A stretch of DNA of 63,654 nt, the filler included, from Octopus bimaculoides (lineage: Eukaryota), in assembly GCF_001194135.2 (NCBI RefSeq). It is 4 parts of 4 records of this genome, joined end to end, with 100 filler letters (N's around TTAATTAATTAA, not from the genome) between each part and the next. Parts side by side here need not be neighbours in the genome. Positions count along the whole stretch, not along the records: positions 1 to 29,285 come from NC_068989.1; 3 more parts are not named here. One strand, 5' to 3'. Made by a program: the position numbers and the translations under genes. Shown here piece after piece: positions 12,739-25,276 of the stretch. The notes below the pieces were generated by a model. It did not search any database and was not told the DNA's origin. It saw only the letters and a list, made by a program, of their open reading frames with translations. Position 1 is the stretch's first letter. Each line of letters starts with the position of its first letter.

Positions 12739-13163
12739 GTGATTTGTAAAAACATCTGTTAATAAATATGTGTATATGTACAACCATCCAGATCTCTGGG
12801 TNNNNNNNNNNNNNNNNNNNNNNNNNNNNNNNNNNNNNNNNNNNNNNNNNNNNNNNNNNNNNNNNNNNNNNNNNNNNNNNNNNNNNNNNNNNNNNNNNNN
12901 NNNNNNNNNNNNNNNNNNNNNNNNNNNNNNNNNNNNNNNNNNNNNNNNNNNNNNNNNNNNNNNNNNNNNNNNNNNNNNNNNNNNNNNNNNNNNNNNNNNN
13001 NNNNNNNNNNNNNNNNNNNNNNNNNNNNNNNNNNNNNNNNNNNNNNNNNNNNNNNNNNNNNNNNNNNNNNNNNNNNNNNNNNNNNNNNNNNNNNNNNNNN
13101 NNNNNNNNNNNNNNNNNNNNNNNNNNNNNNNNNNNNNNNNNNNNNNNNNNNNNNNNNNNNNNN

Positions 13164-13199
<36 letters not shown>

Positions 13200-13210
<11 letters not shown>

Positions 13211-14766
13211 AGGGAAGAATTCACAAAAAAGCAAAAGACGAAGACAGGTGGTGTAGACAACAAGCATATATTAGTTTAACACTCAGGAAGTGAAAAGGTC
13301 TTTAACGTTTCGAACCTACGCTCTTCCACAGAAAGGAACACAGAAACAGACGGGGAGAGATAATAAAGAATGTGTAGTGGCTAACGATCTATCATGGCGA
13401 ATACCGGACAGATGGGTTACAGAGGAGGGCTAGGAAGAAGGGGAGATAATTAAGTAGTGGGTAGGAGTGAAGAGAAGAAGTAGGAGTCGGAGAAAGAGGG
13501 GTAGGTGGGTGGGAGGAAGCATGTGTAAGAGGAAGAGAAGGGAGGGGACGAGAGTTAGATGAAGAGGGGAGGAGAATTGAGCCCATGTGGTGCAAATGAG
13601 CGAAGAGAGAAGATTAATCCCTGTTCATGGTGAAGACGGGAGTCCGGATAGCCCCTGTGCAAGGACAATCCGAACATAGAGAGGTGTTATATTATTTATA
13701 TTATTTACATTTGACAGGTGTTGCAAAGAGTGACCGGTAGAGCGAAAATGCCGCGAGACCAGGGTGTCATTGCCGAGTCGGATGTCTCGGAGGTGTTCCA
13801 CGAACCCGTCAGCCAAGCGGCGTCTCGCTTGCCCGATGTATAGCGAAGGGCAGAGAGAGCAGGAGATGCAGTAGATGACGTTGCTAGAAGTGCAGGTGAA
13901 GGAGTTGATGATATAATAGGGTTGATGATGGGTGCCGGTGTGGAGGGTGGTGTTGGAAAGGTAAGGGCAAATGCTGTAGCATGGGCAGGGACAGGGGAAC
14001 GAGCCGGGTTAGTAAGTTGGGTTAGAGAAGAAGCTTTGGACCAAAAGGTCTCGTAGGATGTGGGCTCGTTTGAAGGAAAGGAGGTGTCGAAGTGGAGGGG
14101 TCGGACTAGAGTCGCCGGAAGGCTCGGAGAATGGTGCATTGGAGAGGTAGGGTGGAGGGGTGGTAAGTGAAGGGAAACGGGAGACGGGAGACGGCGATGC
14201 GGGTGCGGGGGGGGGGCACATGCACGGTCCATAGAAGTGCTCTAGCAAGAGCGGTGTCGATAATGGTGAGAGCATATCCACATAGGATGAAGTGGCGAGC
14301 CATGAGTTGAGACTGATTCTCAAAGTCATTGTCGTCACTGCAGAATCTGCGTAGACAGAGAAATTGGGAATAGGGGATGGGAGCTTGGTGCGTTTAGGGT
14401 GGGAGGAGAAGTTCAGGTATGAATGTGCGTCTGTGTATTTTTAGTGGATGGAGGTGGTAAGAGTGGAGTGATGAATGCTGACCGAAAGGTCAAGAAAGGA
14501 AACAAAAGTGTCAGAGATAGTGCAGAGATAATGCAGAGGTAGTGAAGGAGAATTCGAGAGCAGGATGGGAAGATTTAACAAAAAGGAGGAAGAAGTCTAG
14601 ATGTTCATGGGAGAGTGAGGTCGCATCGATACAGTCGTCAATATAACCAATATAAGGGCCGTATAGTTCGGGAGTGGGACCAATGAACTTGAGAATAGTT
14701 TGGTCACAGCATGGCCAACGAACAAGTTCGCATAGTTAGGGCCCATTCTCGTTCCCATGGCCCCTC
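13200..14766 (-). mobile_element. Penelope-like retroelement, 5'-truncated (RT C-terminal half, GIY-YIG endonuclease, 3' tail)
   Basis: Minus-strand AMGTRMGPNYANLFV, YIDD, YSQFLCLRRFCS and CTSSNVIYCISCSLCPSLYIGQARRRLADGFVEHLRDI; frameshifted. Confidence 0.9.
13300..13335 (-). ncRNA. Minimal hammerhead ribozyme-like motif in the Penelope tail
   Basis: Minus strand: cttt CTGTGGA a-gagc-gtag-gttc GAAACGTT aaag. Stems I and II pair, stem III is the palindromic AACGTT type, and there is one core mismatch. Confidence 0.45.
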
Positions 14767-15234
14767 TCAAGCTTGCTGATAATAATCACCCGCGAATGAG
14801 ATGCAGTTGAGTAAGAGACAGGAACACACACATACACATATATACATACACGCGAAGACTCGTGTGGAGATATACATTTACATATACACATAATGCACCT
14901 GCACACACATAAATGCATACATGTATATGTGTGTGTGTATATACATACATACATGCATATATATATATATATATNNNNNNNNNNNNNNNNNNNNNNNNNN
15001 NNNNNNNNNNNNNNNNNNNNNNNNNNNNNNNNNNNNNNNNNNNNNNNNNNNNNNNNNNNNNNNNNNNNNNNNNTGTTACTTTATTTATATACTGTAGTCA
15101 TTTTTATGCAAGAAATAGTATAGTTTATAATAATGGTAAATTGTTTAACATCGGCATATTTAGTTGAAACTTTTGAGTAATTGAATCGTTGATTAAAATA
15201 TTTCTGAATGGATTTAGTGTCTGAATAAAATATA

Positions 15235-15326
15235 TTCATATTTATTTATTCATTTATTTATTTATTTATTTATTTATTCATTTATTTATTTATTCATTTA
15301 TTTATTTATTTATTCATTTATTTATT
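15235..15326. repeat. (TTTA)n/(TTCA) microsatellite
   Basis: Read directly from the sequence. Confidence 0.9.
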
Positions 15327-15806
15327 CATCATGATATATAGTAATTTTAAATAAAATATATTTCCTACTCCACCATAAATTCTTAACATATATAAATTTC
15401 CTTATATAATAAAATTGGCAGTGATTATTTTCGATTAAAATATTTTTAGATTAATATTATTGGCTATGTATAAGAATATTTTATGACCATTGCAATTGTA
15501 TTGTTTACTTAATTCGTATTATTTATTTGAATCTTTTTTATATTTTTATTATGTTTATTACATTTTTGAATTATTTACGCCACGCTGCAAATAGGTATAT
15601 TTGAAATTAGTCTATTTTATTATTTAGCAGTACTTGCATGAAATTTTTGTCTGCTTTTGGGACAAATATTACCCTGAGGAAATTCCTATGCATAAATGTG
15701 AATTTTTTATAAATTCATTAGTGGATATGAGTCGAAAGAAATTGTTGGATTTATATTTGTTTTAATTATTCGTTATATTATATTATATTGTATTGTAGTT
15801 CTTTAA

Positions 15807-16666
15807 GGTAATTCCATTCCCCAACAATGCTAGATATTGAACCCCTATTTTCTTGGATGCCACTATACCTTCACGACGTTAACATCTCTTCTAATTAAAT
15901 TATATATGGAAAATTCAGATGCCCTCTTAAACTTTGAATCACTAAGTCTGATAAGATGATCCATAAATCAGAAAGAAAAAAAAAACAAATAAAATCAGTG
16001 ACAGTTAAAAATCTGTTTAGAATTATTCACTAGCCTGTATGGTCTGGCTAAGTCAAAATGTTTTTTTTATTCTTCCTTTCTACTTGGAGAGTTTAAACGT
16101 AATTATAAAAGTATGTCCTTCTGTTGAAATGTAATTTCAATAAATTTCTATATCTTTGTGCAGTTNNNNNNNNNNNNNNNNNNNNNNNNNNNNNNNNNNN
16201 NNNNNNNNNNNNNNNNNNNNNNNNNNNNNNNNNNNNNNNNNNNNNNNNNNNNNNNNNNNNNNNNNNNNNNNNNNNNNNNNNNNNNNNNNNNNNNNNNNNN
16301 NNNNNNNNNNNNNNNNNNNNNNNNNNNNNNNNNNNNNNNNNNNNNNNNNNNNNNNNNNNNNNNNNNNNNNNNNNNNNNNNNNNNNNNNNNNNNNNNNNNN
16401 NNNNNNNNNNNNNNNNNNNNNNNNNNNNNNNNNNNNNNNNNNNNNNNNNNNNNNNNNNNNNNNNNNNNNNNNNNNNNNNNNNNNNNNNNNNNNNNNNNNN
16501 NNNNNNNNNNNNNNNNNNNNNNNNNNNNNNNNNNNNNNNNNNNNNNNNNNNNNNNNNNNNNNNNNNNNNNNNNNNNNNNNNNNNNNNNNNNNNNNNNNNN
16601 NNNNNNNNNNNNNNNNNNNNNNNNNNNNNNNNNNNNNNNNNNNNNNNNNNNNNNNNNNNNNNNNNN

Positions 16667-16708
<42 letters not shown>

Positions 16709-16828
16709 ACACACACACACACATATCCATATATAATTTAATTAGAAGGCATGTTAACCTCGTGAAGGGATATGTTCATCCAAGAAAATAGGGGTTCAAT
16801 ATCTAGCATTGTTGGAATTGGAATTACC
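15807..16828. mobile_element. Non-autonomous DNA transposon, Kolobok-type
   Basis: 52-53 bp near-identical TIRs (15807-15859, 16777-16828) starting GG, with TTAA on both flanks (15803-15806, 16829-16832). The interior is partly gap. Confidence 0.7.
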
Positions 16829-17161
16829 TTAAAACAATAAATACATGTATTAAGCATATAGCTTATATCCTGTCAAAAGAAGAAAAGGAAAATGGAGATA
16901 AGATAGTTAACAATTATTCATTATTAACAAATTGTTTATCTTCGGTTCTGACTGCTATTTCAATTAATACACAATCATTTAATTACAAATTTGTACATTA
17001 CATTTGCATTTATGTGACATAAGCATAATTTCATCACAGAAAGAATGTACCTTGAGATGTTATAAGTGGACCTGCCAATTCATTTCAGCAGATAAAATAT
17101 TACGGTTTATGATTCGTATTATTATATGATCGGGAGAAAATTTTACAGATTGGTTAGAAAA

Positions 17162-17419
17162 TGTTTAGGCACTCCGTCGGTTACGACGACGAGGCTTCCA
17201 GTTGAACCGATCAATGAAACACCCTGGTCGTGAAATTAACTTGCAAGTAGCTGAGCACTCCACAGACACATGTAACCTTAACGTAGTTCTCCGGGAGATT
17301 CACCGTGACACAGAACGTGACAAGGCTGGTTCTTTGAAATATAGATACAACTGAAACAGGAAGAAAGAATGAGAGAAAGCTGTGGTGAAAGAATACAACA
17401 GTTTCACCACCACCCCTTG

Positions 17420-17422
<3 letters not shown>
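17162..17422 (-). mobile_element. tRNA-derived SINE, family A, 3' part
   Basis: Aligns with 4075-4322; runs into (GT)n and a gap. Confidence 0.8.
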
Positions 17423-17454
<32 letters not shown>

Positions 17455-17627
17455 NNNNNNNNNNNNNNNNNNNNNNNNNNNNNNNNNNNNNNNNNNNNNN
17501 NNNNNNNNNNNNNNNNNNNNNNNNNNNNNNNNNNNNNNNNNNNNNNNNNNNNNNNNNNNNNNNNNNNNNATACAACAGTTTCACCACCACCCCTTGCCGT
17601 GTGTGTGTGTGTGTGTGTGTATGTGTG

Positions 17628-17662
<35 letters not shown>

Positions 17663-17787
17663 ATTTATGTTATATATTTGTATTCATAAATCGATATATA
17701 CATTTATATGTATTTTTTATATTCATTTATCTATCTTTAAATATATATGTATATATATATATATACATACACATATATATATACATA

Positions 17788-17856
<69 letters not shown>

Positions 17857-17929
17857 GTATATTTGTATATGTATATGCGTGTGTGTATATGCGTATGTAT
17901 ACACAAACATCTCAATAGTAAACAGACAT

Positions 17930-18342
17930 CGTCGTTGTTGATAAATTTATTTGTTTTTGATTGAAAAAGTGATTGAAGAAGATTTGCTGCCTGAAGAAGT
18001 GGTTTCCTTGCTGCTGTTTTGTCCCGGTAAAGGGAATGCCCGATAAGAGTAGTGTAACACATTCACAGTCGCTCTGCAACATCAGTTGCCTTGCAACGGG
18101 AATTATTTTCAGTCTGCCTGGCAGTCAGAAGGATACACTTTTCAATGTGCCTAGCTCCAACTCATGTGATGCTGTTGAATAATTTTCTTTGTAATTGAAT
18201 TCTACACTCACTTTGTTGACTATAACAAGAGAACCCATAGGTGTTGTGCAATTTTACGTGGGCTAAGCCCACCTTCAGACAGACCACCAATACGTTTTCC
18301 TTCAAAATCAGACAACCGCTTTGCTTTTGGTGTCAGCAGCAT
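17930..18342 (-). mobile_element. Tc1/Tc3-like transposase N-terminal relic
   Basis: Minus-strand MLLTPKAKRLSDFEGKRIGGLSEGGLSPRKIAQHL resembles the Tc1/Tc3 first HTH; decayed downstream. Confidence 0.55.
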
Positions 18343-21170
18343 GGCTAGTTGTTATAACTAATATACAGTAATTTGAATCGAAAATTACTGTATCGAAAAC
18401 GAATAATACATTTACAAGATTGAATTACCAGCTAGTGTCCGTATAGGAAACATGGTAAAATGAAGGTTGGCCATATACTTTTCATATGTGTGTATATATG
18501 TTACATATAAAAATTACCAATGCAAGGTCTGAAAATGCAATGAAACACATTTTATGGTTATATAAGTTGAACGACAACGAAAACAGGCTGCAGTTGCTAA
18601 AATATGACTTTTCTGAAAATGCAAAATGTCTTTTTGTTACAGCATGTTTTGAACGGTATTTGTATATAGCTGCCGGACAGTTTTATGTCCAACTAGTGTA
18701 TTGCTATACTTAATGCACAGTATATTGTAATGCGACTGCACAGCTAATGCATACTACAATCTAATACAGAATAAACTTATTCAGTCAAATTTGCATGAAT
18801 TAAATTGCTCACAGAATACATTGGATAGTCATAATGGACTGTCTGTCTTACAATCTCACCGTGGAAATTTGGGTCGTTTTCTTATCCCTCTCTTCCTGTC
18901 CATGATGAGATTCTGTAAAAACGGCAGTGGTTTACGACTGTCCACATGTGTATTTCATGGCGATTAATTTACAGACTCAGTAGAGCCCTGAAATCTACAG
19001 AAACCTATTGTAATTATAGCATGAAAAACAAACATTGTTGTTTCTTAAGTAATTTATTGATCGACTGTAAACGCCAAGTATGCGTAATTTATGCAAGTGA
19101 GCGTCCCAGATTTATACTGCCGCTATAAATCAGTATACAGTATCACATATCTGCTTATGAGTAAGTGTCACGAAATATTGGAACTAGTTCAGATCATCTT
19201 TAGTTTCAATCGTGTGTGATTGTATAAATCTGTGACTTTTCCCATTTTTCCCATTATTTGCATATTATTTACACCGGCAGTGCTGGTAGATATCTATGAG
19301 CTTGTTATGCAGTATGTTATGGTATCAATAAGGAATACTGCTAATGCATCTATTATTCATTAACAAAGGATACATTATTACGTTATCTCTTCAGGAAAGA
19401 TAATGGTTATATGTGCAGCAAAGGAAGCAATGAGTGAACTGTCACTTGGTCACTTGCTCTGCAAGATGTAGGAGTTAAATCTCCTTGAATTACCCCACAT
19501 CAGTTTTAATAAGGACGTACTAGATAATGTAGTCCGAAGTATAATTTGTCTTAAACGGGACCCGATTGTAATGGATGCGTTCCCTTTATTCATGGATTTT
19601 CTCGATTGGTTTTACCCCTAGAATATACAACAAAAATCTTACCTCATCTTTCCGTGCCTCACCTACCAGAAACGATACTTGCTATCCCCCTCTCTCAATA
19701 TATCATTTTTGAGCACTATATTTCTTAAAGATCTATATCTTCACCTTTATTTGTTATCGACGATTCACTGAAAGTAAAGGGGGATTTCAAACTCGCTAAT
19801 CAGTCTTCATAAACCAGTCATTGGAGAAATAAAATTGTCATAATCATAATACTCATTACCTATATCACCTGATAAAAAAAGCGTCAGTATAACTATGCCT
19901 GACAAATTATAATTAAAATAAACCACACAGAACCTCCCACTTTCTTTCAGAGATAAGTGATATGACTCAAATTAGTTCTGAAATTTTAATATGCGTAAGT
20001 TTATCTCACTGAGTTTTTTCTTCACACAACATCCATTAAAAAACGCATTATTTATTTTATCCATAACAACCGAGACAGTTAGGCATCTGCAAAAGAAACC
20101 TAGAATATATTTATCTGGATAAAATAAAGTAAATAACGAGTGTACATTCATTGCAAAATAGATTATCGGATTAATGCAACGTGAAGTTATCTTACAATTA
20201 CCAAGGATGCGACACGATGGCTTGTTCTCATAGCTACCTGAAATTTAATCGAATTTCAGAACTTATATTCAAAGATGTGTATAAATTCCTCTTTCTAATT
20301 AGTCTCGGATTTCATGCTGTATAGTGCATTGAAAATTATATGATTTTATGAGAGTAGCTTATGAATGAGGAAATGTTGACTGTTTCTATTAGCCTTGCAT
20401 TAATATTCTGGTTAGATTTACAGTTACTATATATTTTAGCACCAAAATATTTGCTAATTGATTGCTTTAAATATTATACTAAATGCTGAGGAGTTTGCTG
20501 AATAGCTATACGTACACTTCTTTAACTCGTATTTATGTATCAAATTATTCATACTTTCTACATATTTAACGTCGGAAGTACTGAATAATCAATCATATAG
20601 GTGGTAATTTATACCTCATTTACTTCTAGGTAATAATCAGAGAAGTTTTCGATATTCTATACACATTTTAGTAATTAATAGACTCGTACATTAATAATAA
20701 ATAGCATGTGTTTTCGTGTAAACGTTTAATCTGTGTGAACGTTATAAATTTATGCATATTGTACTAACATCAAAGATAAAAGAAAATTATTGCTGGCATC
20801 CTTTTTCGTGTGTAGGAGTAAAATACAATTGCTATAGCTACTTCACAATTTACATTTCTAGTGGACGAAAGCTAGAACACAAATGGTGCTTTCTGGTTTC
20901 AACGGGGTTAGTAATAGAAAACATTATGTGGAGAATATGAGATGTTTAGTAGTTCGGTGTCTCTTCAGCTGCGAATATAATTCATATAATATTTATATGC
21001 AAGCACACTTGTGTCTTCAGTGTTATATGTTTTCGCTGCATAAGTACATAACAAATGTAAGGAAGAGATAGAGATACCTACTCTTCTGACTGCTTTTCAT
21101 ACAAAATATTGTTTCGAATAAAATTTGCTTACAATGGAGTATAACATAATATGTATTATAATTTAAACAA

Positions 21171-21228
<58 letters not shown>

Positions 21229-22350
21229 ATGTGTGCGTGTGTGTGTGTGTGTCAGTGCGTGTATATGTGTGAGTGTGTGAGAGTGTGTGTGTGCGTGTAT
21301 GTGTGTGTGTTGCAAAATAGGGTATTTTGAGCAAGATTGTTTTAACGCATTCATGATTTATCAGAAATTTATTTAGTAAGGCTTGGTTGAAGGAAACTTC
21401 GACGAGTGCGCTACTCCTAATGCGCTTCTTATATATTACTTAAATTCACTTAGCGCACTATCATGATTCATACGCTTGGATACTCTAGAAAAAGCTGTAA
21501 GAGAATCTTTCGTGTGTTGAAGCATATTTTATTGTCTGGGGAAAGTCTTTCTCTTTTAGTGCCTTATTACCTAAGACACTCACCGGTTCGATTTCCACTC
21601 ATTTACTTATTTATTTATTTTTTTAATTTTCGTTCCGTCTTGCAACCTCTTCAATGGTCTGTCCAATAACTGACAGAGGCAACGACTATTGAAGACTAAT
21701 GAATTCATAAACACACAAATAGCATCCAAAGGTAAATCTGTTTTTCCTTTTTCTTTCCTCTGATAATATTGTCACACAAAAATACGAAAAGAGAGGGAAG
21801 ATGATGAAAACTGGTCAATGTGACATTTATAGAGTACGAGGTCACATGTTTCTAGCGATCAGTTTTATGCTATTGTTAGCTCTTACCAGGGTGAAATGAT
21901 ATCAACATCTAGTAAAGATATTTGATATCCCATAACAACTTTATGATCAGTGGTGGGATTTTTACGTTTACTATTTATAGAAAGTATGTGAGCGGAATGT
22001 TTTGCAAATACACGAAGCAAATTATTATTATTGCAATCACCAAAATCATATGTCCAAATTTTAACGTTACTATTCACTATTTGGGATGTTTTTAATTTGT
22101 TTGCTCAGACGTGTTTCCCCTGGGGTTAGTTTGTCACATCATCGGTGGTGTTTAAATATTTCTTCGTTTGTTGAAACTTTAAATTTTCTAATTGACACAT
22201 CCTGGACTATGGAGTTTGTAATACATCCTGGATGGTTTAAGTTGGAGTTGAAGTATTTCATATTTTTTCGTTTGGTTTGTGAAATATTTACACATATATA
22301 TATGTGTGTGTGTGTGTTGTGTGTGTGTATGTGTGTGTGTGTGTATGTGT

Positions 22351-22383
<33 letters not shown>

Positions 22384-25240
22384 GATGTGTATCACTATTT
22401 GTGTTTTGTGTATGAGCCTATTTTTGTTTGGGTAGGAAAAGATAAATGCATTTATACCTAGATATTAGAATCTTATAAACGGCTATTTGAAAGAAACTGG
22501 GTTTTTTTCAGATATATTATGAGATGCATTCTATACATCACATTCTCCCAATTGACATAGTCAAATACATTATTCTCTACATTCGTTCTTCCTTAAGATT
22601 GTAGTGTAATTCGGGTAAGATTTGTCTGTTATATGCATGTTATCGAACCTCTAGTCTAGTTTGTTGATGTTTCAAGTGTAGTAGGCGCATTCGTGTTAAA
22701 TGTACGCCTGTCAGGGAAGCGAGAAAATGTTGGAGTAGTGAGAAATGTCAATATGTGCAGTTTACGTTAGAAATATTTCTTTTTCTAACGCAATACACTT
22801 GAGGTACGAGGATAAAAATTAGCGGAGGAATAAAAAGCAAATACGAACAGGACTGAGAAACAATTATATAGAAATCTAACTGGTATTATTTTCTATGTAG
22901 GTATCTTCAAGTCCCAGGTTCTCTAAGATAAACAACTAGAAATACGGTTGCAGAGCATGCAAGGTTTTAGAAGAGGAATTAAATGAAGTTAGGTTTGGGA
23001 AATAGCGTGAATACGTCTTTGACAAGGGGAAATTAATTAGAAGCATTTATGTCATGCTAGATAAAAGAATAAAAGAACAGCGAGAAGAGAATCGGAACGA
23101 ACAGACTCACAAAAGATTATGAATTAATAAGACAGAATAGAACATACAGAAATGAAATAAGAGGCCAGGAAGGAATATTATATTCACATTCTATTAATAT
23201 GAGATATAAACACATCGTAATAAGCCTCATATTCTAGCAGTTTCGCAAATAATTCAAAATTGTAATATTCTCAAACTGAAATTAAGTGAATTAGCAACAC
23301 AAGACACGAAAGCATGTAATTCAAGGAATGGGTTTATATTCATTACCAAAAATCTGTGAAATATATTTATATATGTCACAAATAAGGAATATAGGACAAG
23401 CCAGGAAATAGGATATTATTATAAAATATGTAGTGTATGACAAAACGTAATGTAAAGAATAAAAAAAAAAAAATTACAAATGTTTCCGAGTTGTTTATCT
23501 TAGAGAACCTGATACAAATAACATAATTATTTTTTTTGTTGTCATGGAAGCCAAGAAGAATACAGAATTCGAGATAGACGTGAAAACAATGGAGAAAACA
23601 CGCCATATTAGTAAAAACTGACAAATTACAATAAATGAAATCATGACTGCAAAATTTTCTGTTTAATTGGCAAAAAGAAATGTTTTTACATGGTTAGCAT
23701 TTGAGAAGTTTGAACAAGATCCGAACCAAAGACCGATAGATTTTTGTTGCAGCACAATACCTACATATCTGAAGCGGAAACTGCTAAAACTATACATTTA
23801 GCTTCTTATATATAGTATAAGAAACTATAGAGCCAGTTTTTCATTACGGGCGTNNNNNNNNNNNNNNNNNNNNNNNNNNNNNNNNNNNNNNNNNNNNNNN
23901 NNNNNNNNNNNNNNNNNNNNNNNNNNNNNNNNNNNNNNNNNNNNNNNNNNNNNNNNNNNNNNNNNNNNNNNNNNNNNNNNNNNNNNNNNNNNNNNNNNNN
24001 NNNNNNNNNNNNNNNNNNNNNNNNNNNNNNNNNNNNNNNNNNNNNNNNNNNNNNNNNNNNNNNNNNNNNNNNNNNNNNNNNNNNNNNNNNNNNNNNNNNN
24101 NNNNNNNNNNNNNNNNNNNNNNNNNNNNNNNNNNNNNNNNNNNNNNNNNNNNNNNNNNNNNNNNNNNNNNNNNNNNNNNNNNNNNNNNNNNNNNNNNNNN
24201 NNNNNNNNNNNNNNNNNNNNNNNNNNNNNNNNNNNNNNNNNNNNNNNNNNNNNNNNNNNNNNNNNNNNNNNNNNNNNNNNNNNNNNNNNNNNNNNNNNNN
24301 NNNNNNNNNNNNNNNNNNNNNNNNNNNNNNNNTATATAATCATAACAGGTGGTGATGGCTATGGTCATAGTGCTATAATTATGAAGTAACAGAAGAGAAG
24401 ACGTGATATAAATATAAACACGGACATATTCCCTTGAAGTAGAAAAAGAAGAGAAATATGTACCTCTTAAGTAAATATAAGGAATCACAGGAGATGCTAA
24501 TGTTCCTCTAATAGGAACAGAGAAATGTTCTTATGCAATGAAACATAATTAGAACGTGAAATTGATTTGGAGGTAATTAAAATTAGAAAATAAGAGCAAT
24601 CTCCATTATGCTGGCTGCCTTCAGTGATAAAAAATAAAAAGAAAGATACTACCAAATACAAAACCAGATTATTGTGGTTCATTATGCTGACATAGATGCC
24701 TAATACATATAAGTACTTGATTCTGTGTAAGAGCGTATGTGCGCCAAGCCATGCGTGTGTGTGTGTGTGTGTGTGCATGCGTGCTTGTATATGCGTGTGC
24801 ATTTGTATGATCGAGTATATGTATGCCACATCAGGTATGTGCGCGCGTTTATACATCCATATCTACTAACAGTTATATCTAATTCATTTTTCACTGTATT
24901 GCTTATTTGTTTCTTTTTGTAGCTGACATTAGTTGTGGATCTTCCATAAGTATGAAGCTGGTTGCCTTATGTTGCCATTTATATATACAAAGGACAAGAA
25001 GAAATCTTGCGAAACAGAGTTTATTTTAACGAGATACCTATTGGAATCACCTGTGGAGAGACATCTACACCGATGGATACACCTAAGCATGGTGTTCAGT
25101 ATCCCACCCGCGAAGCGAGGGATTGATGTTATAGTTGTCAATAAAGATTCTTTCTAACCCAGCGTGTTTTACCGGTTAACTACCAGGATCATAATATAAG
25201 ATTATTAACTATGTATATATATATATATATNNNNNNNNNN

Positions 25241-25276
<36 letters not shown>

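Larger units (their letters stand above)
11194..12801. mobile_element. Penelope-like element remnant with long inverted terminal regions
   Basis: Inverted arms 11246-11800 and 12291-12801. The centre has a + strand GIY-YIG C-terminus (TGNSLCQQ..IPLSKHLETCAEG..MEQHFIAKFSPKLN) and a minus-strand Cys motif (VKMARPCGYC). Each arm carries a hammerhead-type motif. Confidence 0.7.

Noticed and set aside
16828-16869. 42-nt minus-strand mini-exon DISYMLNTCIYCFK
   Set aside because: Its donor is simply the transposon terminus, and there is no independent coding evidence.
17390-17599. Direct repeat atacaacagtttcaccaccaccccttgccgtgtg on both sides of a gap
   Set aside because: Most likely unmerged overlapping contig ends at a (GT)n tract.
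24921-25157. Strong acceptor followed by a 74-aa open frame (LWIFHKYEAG..)
   Set aside because: No donor, no recognisable homology, and no linkage to other exons.
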